Shown: one piece after another, positions 7,546 to 13,157 of the stretch
Layout of the letters: every line of letters begins with the position of its first letter
Numbering within the stretch: position 1 is the stretch's first letter
From: an uncultured Gammaproteobacteria bacterium
GTDB lineage: Bacteria; Patescibacteriota; Microgenomatia; Daviesbacterales; UBA10151
Length of the DNA: 13,157 nt
Assembly: GCA_964522265.1 (NCBI GenBank)
Contig: CAZFVS010000009.1
Span: 5,819-18,975, forward strand
Direction: 5' to 3'
Position numbers and translations under genes: made by a program
The notes under the pieces: model-generated
What the model was told of the DNA's origin: nothing
What the model saw: only the letters and a program-made list of their open reading frames with translations
Database searches by the model: none

Positions 7546-7560
7546 TTTAATTCTCTGCTC

Positions 7561-10479
7561 ATGAAAAGGTGGTTGCTGCTAGTTTCTAGTATTATCTTTC
7601 ATATATCAACGCATATCACTGCTGTAGCGCTTCTCATATTCTTTTTTTTGCCCATCTCAAATTGGTATATCAATCACTCGGTGATACTGGGAGTTGACTT
7701 CTATAATATGGTTTCTAACACTTCTTATTATTCCCGGCATTTTGATGCCCGTTACTTAGGTTACAAACCAATCAATTGGGCCGGATACCCATATGCATAT
7801 GATTACCCCTCCCTTCATTTTTATCTGAATGCATTGCTGGTGCCATATTTTGGTGTTCAACAATCAACTCTAATATATTCGATGTTATCTTTGTTTGCGT
7901 TCGGGCTTAGTAGTTATTTTTTATTCTGGGTGATTTCAAGAAATAAAGCGTTGTCTTTTGTTTTGGCGCTTTTCAGCCTATACTCCTCGGCGAATTGGGG
8001 TCCGATTATTTGGGGTGGTAACTTACAGTATGTAGGAACAATGGCATTTTTACCGTTTACTATTGGGTTGCTTTATTTATATACCCAAAGCAAAACAAGG
8101 AAATTTTTAATCGTTTCTGCTGCTGTTGCAGGACTTTCTGTATTGGGCCACCCGCAGATCTTAATTTCTTACATCTCAATATTTGTGTTCCTGATTATTG
8201 TCTTCGGATACTTTGAAAAAATTAAGGCGACTATCAAAAGAAGGCTTGTAGATTTGGGGATTTATTTTGGGGTAGTTCTGGTTATATCCTATGTTCAATT
8301 ACAACAATTCCTGGGATCCAACATCCTATATTTACCCGTATATATTTTAAATCAAATTAGTGCACTATTTTCAAGATTTTCCGGGTCTGTGAGTAAGCCT
8401 GATTATGGTTCTTCGGTTAGCAGTATTACCCCGATAGCAACTATCAAAGCAATCGCAGCCTACAATAAACAGGAGTTTTGGAGGTTTCTGTCTGAAGTTA
8501 ATGAAATATTTTTTGTATTTTTTGCTGCAGCGGTCGTCTTATTAATTATTAGTGTAATTTTTGCAAAAAAGAGGTTAAAGGTATTAGGCGTTCTGCCTTT
8601 TTTAATATTCTTAGGCTATACGTTCGTATCAATTTATGGACTTTCAAGGGGAATCCCTTTTTTTCAGGGTGGTTGGTATAGGGCTTTTTGGGCAATGCCT
8701 CTGGCATTTGGGGTTTGTATTGCTTATGGATACCGAATGTTTTGGTTCTCGTTAATAGAGCGGATCAGTCTGTTGGATAGTTTAGCTGCAAAAAGTATTC
8801 TGGCATTGGTATTTACAATTGTAATTTCAGTATCGGGATATTTTTACTTCAGTAGGCAGCCGTTGGAAGATTTTATTGATAAGCACATTGATACCATTAG
8901 GTTTAGACAAAAGTCAGGTGTTTATCCGGATGCGCTTAACAAACCGTTTAAAAACCATTCAGAATTTGAAAATTTAGCCCAAAATTTAGTTCCTAAATGG
9001 CTTCCTGTGCAAGATCATCAATACCGATTATATTCAGCTGACCAGAAAGTCAATATTTGGTGGCCAACTTTTTATGAGATGCCTCTTTTCAGAGGTTATA
9101 ACGATTCCCCGATTGGTTCAGGTATGGCAGGGTCATATTTTTGGACTGATATAGCACTCGCTGCCAATGCCGGAAAAGATCCCATTATTGAGGATTTCAA
9201 ATATCCAAAAGATATTGCTAAAAACAACGCGCTATATTTAATTGATTGGTTTTCGATAGGTTATTTTGAGGGGGGACACGAAAGAAGCGATTCTTACAAT
9301 CCTCCATCCAGTTTCTTACTGGAGGATAAAAATATTTTTGAAAGGGAAGAAATAGCTTCTGTTGCCGGTAGAGTTAAAGTATTTGAGACAAAAGACGGGA
9401 AAATGGAGTGGGTGAATGACGACAGTGACGCACTGAAATTTTACAAGTTCAAAGATGGTTTAGTTTCACCGGTTGCGTCAGCTACAGATGCATCAATTAT
9501 TGGTATTATCGGTTCGTGGGAGAGTTTTGAAACTTTTAACAGAAGTTTGGCGATGACTAATACCAACTCTCAGCAGCTTATTACAGTGTGGCTTACACAA
9601 TCATTGGCAGAAATACCCAGTTTGGATAATCTAAATTTAGACGCAGTGATATTATATGGATATAAAAATGGAGATAACAATTCTGGTTGGAATAAAGTAG
9701 AAAAATATCTCAAAAAAGGTGGTAAAGTTTTTGTGGAAACAGGTAGTGATGTTTTTCAGACTAAAAATACCAAGCTGCCTAAAATTTTTCCTATAGAAGG
9801 TACCAAACGAGAGGGATTGGGCATGAGTTGGGATTTAAATGAATTTGGACCTCCCAGTATTGATGGTAAGGAGTGGAACTTTTCACTGCCAACAAACTTA
9901 AAGAATAATGCTGAAGTTATACTAAAAACCGGTAATACACCCTTGATTGTTAGCGGATCTTTTGAAGGCGGTAAAGTAATTTGGAGCGGCATGAACCTTT
10001 TCTATCATGCCAATGTTTATAAATCAACTAAAGAAGGAGAGTTTATCAGGTCCATAGTTTCTCGATTGGTTTCACTGGAAAAAAACGATCCTCCACCCTC
10101 GCAAGCCCAATTTATCAGCAACCGAAAGATTAAAATTAAATCCCAAAATGCCAAAGCAGTGTTGCTTAGACAGGAATTTTGGCCTGTCTGGACTGCCAAA
10201 GTTAATGGTCAAACTCAAAAGATCTTACCGGCAGGTCCAACGGGTCCAGGATTTATGTACGTTCCGATTCCGACACAGCTTCGAGATAAACCGGTTGAGG
10301 TTGAATTCAATTATCAGGGGGATACCTCAACACTTATATATACAATATTAACGATTGTAGTATCGCTGGTTATACTAGATTATTTATTAGGTGGCAAAAT
10401 CACTAAAATGATTTATTTGAGACACCAGGGGAAAATAGTTAATCATATAGGTAGGTGGTGGAAAAAAGAAGATGAGTGA
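7561..10479 (+). CDS. Large (972 aa) YfhO-like / GT-C-superfamily-like membrane protein. N-terminal polytopic domain (~aa 1-430), ~490-aa extracytoplasmic domain, single C-terminal TM anchor.
   Basis: It has many hydrophobic helices with loop motifs WAGYPYAYDYPSLHFY and GLSVLGHPQ. The C-terminal EFWPVWTAKVNGQTQKILPAGP..GFMYVPIP...VEVEFNYQG, followed by the helix TLIYTILTIVVSLVILDYLLGG, reproduces the W.A.V.G......V....V.F.Y-plus-terminal-TM pattern of YfhO-family proteins. The family call is from memory of motif patterns, not from a search. Confidence 0.6.
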   Translation: MKRWLLLVSSIIFHISTHITAVALLIFFFLPISNWYINHSVILGVDFYNMVSNTSYYSRHFDARYLGYKPINWAGYPYAYDYPSLHFYLNALLVPYFGVQQSTLIYSMLSLFAFGLSSYFLFWVISRNKALSFVLALFSLYSSANWGPIIWGGNLQYVGTMAFLPFTIGLLYLYTQSKTRKFLIVSAAVAGLSVLGHPQILISYISIFVFLIIVFGYFEKIKATIKRRLVDLGIYFGVVLVISYVQLQQFLGSNILYLPVYILNQISALFSRFSGSVSKPDYGSSVSSITPIATIKAIAAYNKQEFWRFLSEVNEIFFVFFAAAVVLLIISVIFAKKRLKVLGVLPFLIFLGYTFVSIYGLSRGIPFFQGGWYRAFWAMPLAFGVCIAYGYRMFWFSLIERISLLDSLAAKSILALVFTIVISVSGYFYFSRQPLEDFIDKHIDTIRFRQKSGVYPDALNKPFKNHSEFENLAQNLVPKWLPVQDHQYRLYSADQKVNIWWPTFYEMPLFRGYNDSPIGSGMAGSYFWTDIALAANAGKDPIIEDFKYPKDIAKNNALYLIDWFSIGYFEGGHERSDSYNPPSSFLLEDKNIFEREEIASVAGRVKVFETKDGKMEWVNDDSDALKFYKFKDGLVSPVASATDASIIGIIGSWESFETFNRSLAMTNTNSQQLITVWLTQSLAEIPSLDNLNLDAVILYGYKNGDNNSGWNKVEKYLKKGGKVFVETGSDVFQTKNTKLPKIFPIEGTKREGLGMSWDLNEFGPPSIDGKEWNFSLPTNLKNNAEVILKTGNTPLIVSGSFEGGKVIWSGMNLFYHANVYKSTKEGEFIRSIVSRLVSLEKNDPPPSQAQFISNRKIKIKSQNAKAVLLRQEFWPVWTAKVNGQTQKILPAGPTGPGFMYVPIPTQLRDKPVEVEFNYQGDTSTLIYTILTIVVSLVILDYLLGGKITKMIYLRHQGKIVNHIGRWWKKEDE

Positions 10480-13156
10480 TGATAAAGAGTCGGTAAAACT
10501 TAATGAAGAGATAATCGAAAAAGATGTCGAAAAACTGACCGAAGATGTAGTGAAAATAATAAAAAAAGAGGAAAAGATTCATACCCGGATATTCAGATGG
10601 ATTTTATTTTTAATAAGTGCTTTAATAAATGTTGCTGCAGCGGGAATAGTTTATAAAACTCTAGAACCTATTATCGGTTGGTATCTGACAAAAAATCCGG
10701 TTAGAGGAATTGATTTATTTTTATCTGCAGCTTATGCCAACTATATTATAAAATGGCATGACTTTTTAAGGCCTTTTGCCTGGAAATATATTTGGTTTGG
10801 CGGACAACCATTCTCTTTAGATTATCCATCGCTATATTTTTTAGGGATGATTCCCTTTGTAGAAAAGTTCGGATTAATTCAGGGAGTAATGCAATTTGCT
10901 GTGTTTTTTTTGCTGATCTTTGCCATCTCTTGCTATTTTTTCTACAAGGAACTTTCTTCAAATGTCGGTTTGTCTTTGGTTTTAACTGTTGCTACTATTT
11001 TATCGGTAAATTTATATCGAGCACTAATTTGGGCCGGCGGTATTCCTTTCTGGTCTACCCAAGCCTTTTATCCGTTAGTCGGTTTTCTGCTGGTCAGGTT
11101 TTTGAATACTTACAAAAAAAAATGGTTATATTTAGCAGGTATTATTGCGGGGTTGGGAGTTATGGGGCATCCGCAAGGTTTTTTAAATGTTATTATTCCT
11201 TTAAGCATTCTGATTTTACTCTTTTACAGCGGTAAGGAGGGGTTAAAAATTGGTCAAAGGATCAAGAATTTGGTTATTTTTCTTCTAATTTGGTTTTTGG
11301 TTGGTCTTCCGGGTATATTATTAAATTTTGTCGGCACCCTATTTTCAGCACTAATATCTTATTTGGGCCAATTAGGTTCATTATTTGGTAAATCAGTTAT
11401 AAATCCATCTGTAGTAAGTAGCGGTCCGGTTGAGGGATCAACAGCTGCAGATATAATTAAATGGACTCATCAGCAATTTTATTATGTCTTTTCTGATACG
11501 CAGCAAATCATTTGGTACTTATTGGGAATATTTGCACTTTGCTGGATTGTTACCGTTGTATTCCGCAAGCACCGGATTAGAAGCATACTATGTATTTTGC
11601 CCTTTGTAATTTTCCTAAGTTATCAATTTATCTCTGTATTTTTGTTTTCAAGAGGGATAGACTTATTTATCACCGGTTGGTACAAAGCTTTCTGGCCTAT
11701 ACCGGTGGCTGCTTCCGCGTTAACTGCGGTGTTTTGGGGGCAAACAACGCAGGCGTTTAAAAGATTTAATTCCTTTAAATTATTTAAGATGACCTCTTGG
11801 TCTGTTGCAATAGCAACAAATTTAATCTTTATTTCGTTTGGGTATTTATATTTTACACCCGGATTAACAAAAGTATTAGTTGACCGGATAGATTTTTTAT
11901 CCACGATGTCCAGTCCGTATCCTGATATTTTGAATATTAAAATCAGTGATACAGAGAGAAAAGATTTGGCATCCCAACTGGTTCCTAAGTTTATAGACCC
12001 GAACGATAAAAATAAAAGGCTTTATACGGTTGACGCCACGGTCAATTTATGGTGGCCTACTATGTATGATATGCCACTAGCCAGAGGGTATGTAGATCCT
12101 GCAATTAATACCGCCCAAAGATGGGGAATTTTTTGGTTGGATTCAATTATGGGGCCGTCTGGTAAAGATTCCAAAGCCTCATTGATTGTTGACTGGAAAA
12201 CTCCGGAAAATGTGGCTTATGAAAATACTAAGTTTCTGCTTGATTGGAATTCCATATATTATTATTTAGGGAATTATTCAAGCAACTCTCCCTCGATACT
12301 GGCGGAACATGTAATAAGCAATGATTATACAGATGGGGAGGAAGAGGTCAAGACATTCGGAGTGATTAGGCGTTATGGTCCGCCTGCAGAAGAAGTGGGG
12401 AAGTTTTATCCTGATTGGACTCAATCGCTTAAATATTATCGAGTTAAGCCTGAACTGGTTTCACCGATACTGGCTCCCAATAATGCCAGCCCAATCCTGC
12501 TAATTGGAGATGCGGTTGCTTATGACACATTTTATCGCTTTATCGGTATGCATAATTTGAATAGTCAAAAAATTGTAATTGCAACGAAATCAAATTTTAT
12601 AGATGACTACAGTTTATCTGAAATAAAAAAGTTTGATAAGGTAATCCTATACCGCTATGACTATAAAGATAAATCAAAAGCCTGGGAAACACTGTCGAAA
12701 TATCTGGAAAAAGGCGGACGGGTATATATTGATACCGGACCAGAGGGGAAAGAAGCCGCAGCTAGTAATTTACCTGGGATACTGCCTGTAAAACGAACTA
12801 CCAGAAACAACATTGGACGGGATTGGAACGTTGAGGTTTCAGATAGTAATCTAACACAAGAAATAATGTTTGATAAATTCACCCCTTTAGATTTTGACGG
12901 ACAACCCTGGAATGTATCCCATCCGGATAGTGACAGTGATCTTGCAGCAGATGCAAAAATCATTTTAAAAAACAATGGCAAAATAGTAGCCGTTGAAACC
13001 GATATTGGATCCGGAAAGGTAATTTGGACAGGGTTTAATTTACCGTATCATATAATCCGGGATTATAACGAAGAAGAATCCAAGTTTTTGATTAACATCC
13101 TCTTTTCCGATCTTGATATAGCGGAAAAGAGGATCGATAATTTTAATTATCGGTTC
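10472..13156 (+). CDS. Second YfhO-like large membrane protein, a tandem paralog of 7561..10479. It is 3'-truncated by the window edge (895 codons present) and is NOT in the supplied ORF track.
   Basis: Frame 2 is open from ATG 10472 (overlapping the upstream stop: ATGAGTGA) to the last base. Translation: MSDDKESVKLNEEIIEKDVEKLTEDVVKIIKKEEKIHTRIFRWILFLISALINVAAAGIVYK...DYPSLYFL...GLGVMGHPQ...GWYKAFWPIP...LVPKFIDPNDKNKRLYTVDATVNLWWPTMYDMPLARGY...KYLEKGGRVYIDTGPE...GSGKVIWTGFNLPYH...IDNFNYRF. These motifs are collinear with the upstream gene. Confidence 0.85.
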   Translation, partial: MSDDKESVKLNEEIIEKDVEKLTEDVVKIIKKEEKIHTRIFRWILFLISALINVAAAGIVYKTLEPIIGWYLTKNPVRGIDLFLSAAYANYIIKWHDFLRPFAWKYIWFGGQPFSLDYPSLYFLGMIPFVEKFGLIQGVMQFAVFFLLIFAISCYFFYKELSSNVGLSLVLTVATILSVNLYRALIWAGGIPFWSTQAFYPLVGFLLVRFLNTYKKKWLYLAGIIAGLGVMGHPQGFLNVIIPLSILILLFYSGKEGLKIGQRIKNLVIFLLIWFLVGLPGILLNFVGTLFSALISYLGQLGSLFGKSVINPSVVSSGPVEGSTAADIIKWTHQQFYYVFSDTQQIIWYLLGIFALCWIVTVVFRKHRIRSILCILPFVIFLSYQFISVFLFSRGIDLFITGWYKAFWPIPVAASALTAVFWGQTTQAFKRFNSFKLFKMTSWSVAIATNLIFISFGYLYFTPGLTKVLVDRIDFLSTMSSPYPDILNIKISDTERKDLASQLVPKFIDPNDKNKRLYTVDATVNLWWPTMYDMPLARGYVDPAINTAQRWGIFWLDSIMGPSGKDSKASLIVDWKTPENVAYENTKFLLDWNSIYYYLGNYSSNSPSILAEHVISNDYTDGEEEVKTFGVIRRYGPPAEEVGKFYPDWTQSLKYYRVKPELVSPILAPNNASPILLIGDAVAYDTFYRFIGMHNLNSQKIVIATKSNFIDDYSLSEIKKFDKVILYRYDYKDKSKAWETLSKYLEKGGRVYIDTGPEGKEAAASNLPGILPVKRTTRNNIGRDWNVEVSDSNLTQEIMFDKFTPLDFDGQPWNVSHPDSDSDLAADAKIILKNNGKIVAVETDIGSGKVIWTGFNLPYHIIRDYNEEESKFLINILFSDLDIAEKRIDNFNYRF

Positions 13157-13157
13157 A

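Noticed and set aside
9756-10351. Track ORFs 9756..9992 (-), 10017..10199 (-) and 10148..10351 (+)
   Set aside because: All are nested in the 972-aa gene, in other frames or on the other strand. That region of the 972-aa gene is conserved with the paralog, which supports the main frame.
10746-12981. Track ORFs 10746..10961 (-), 10792..11235 (+), 11623..11904 (-) and 12661..12981 (-)
   Set aside because: All lie inside the 895-codon frame-2 ORF, which is collinear with the upstream paralog. Their translations are Phe/Cys/Arg-rich or otherwise atypical and carry no motifs.
1-13157. Alternative genetic code (UGA recoding, as in some candidate phyla)
   Set aside because: TGA terminates five of the seven complete-ended genes exactly where the next gene starts or the protein family ends (1077, 1238 on the minus strand, 2898, 4175, 10477). 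I saw no in-frame TGA in the long ORFs, so the standard bacterial code fits.
1-13157. CRISPR arrays, tRNA/rRNA genes, and prophage or integrase signatures
   Set aside because: There are no regularly spaced direct repeats, no cloverleaf-like or rRNA-like segments, and essentially no noncoding space apart from 1080-1237, 2018-2060 and 7493-7560.

Overview
This AT-rich bacterial window uses the standard genetic code: TGA and TAA both act as real stops, several of them directly coupled to the next start. Almost the whole window is one cell-envelope glycan locus. I found no rRNA, tRNA, CRISPR array, transposase or integrase. Gene order: (1) the 3' part of a Wzx/PST-type flippase gene, open to the left edge (3..1079 +). 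(2) A 158-bp convergent spacer holding three short GC-rich palindromic hairpins. (3) A WaaE/KdtX-like family-2 glycosyltransferase on the minus strand (1238..2017). (4) A tightly coupled plus-strand operon: ABC-2 permease (Wzm/TagG-like, 2061..2900), ATPase with an extra C-terminal beta-rich domain (Wzt/TagH-like, 2897..4177), then two different GT-C-fold membrane glycosyltransferase-like proteins (4174..5748 TMTC/PMT-like; 5750..7492 ArnT/GT39-like). (5) After a 68-bp gap, two very large YfhO-like polytopic membrane proteins that are diverged tandem paralogs (7561..10479 and 10472..window end). The second paralog is absent from the supplied ORF track, apparently because it has no stop inside the window, but frame 2 stays open for 895 codons. 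Most notable points: four consecutive GT-C-like proteins behind a Wzm/Wzt exporter; the unlisted giant paralog; a conserved uncharacterised extracytoplasmic domain shared by the paralogs; a G8 homopolymer on the predicted catalytic Asp-Glu motif of the GT39-like gene; and the hairpin array. All functional calls rest on motif recognition by eye, and no searches were run. The lineage cannot be determined here. AT-richness, near absence of Shine-Dalgarno sequences and the abundance of GT-C paralogs fit an uncultivated lineage such as Patescibacteria/CPR, but that is a guess.
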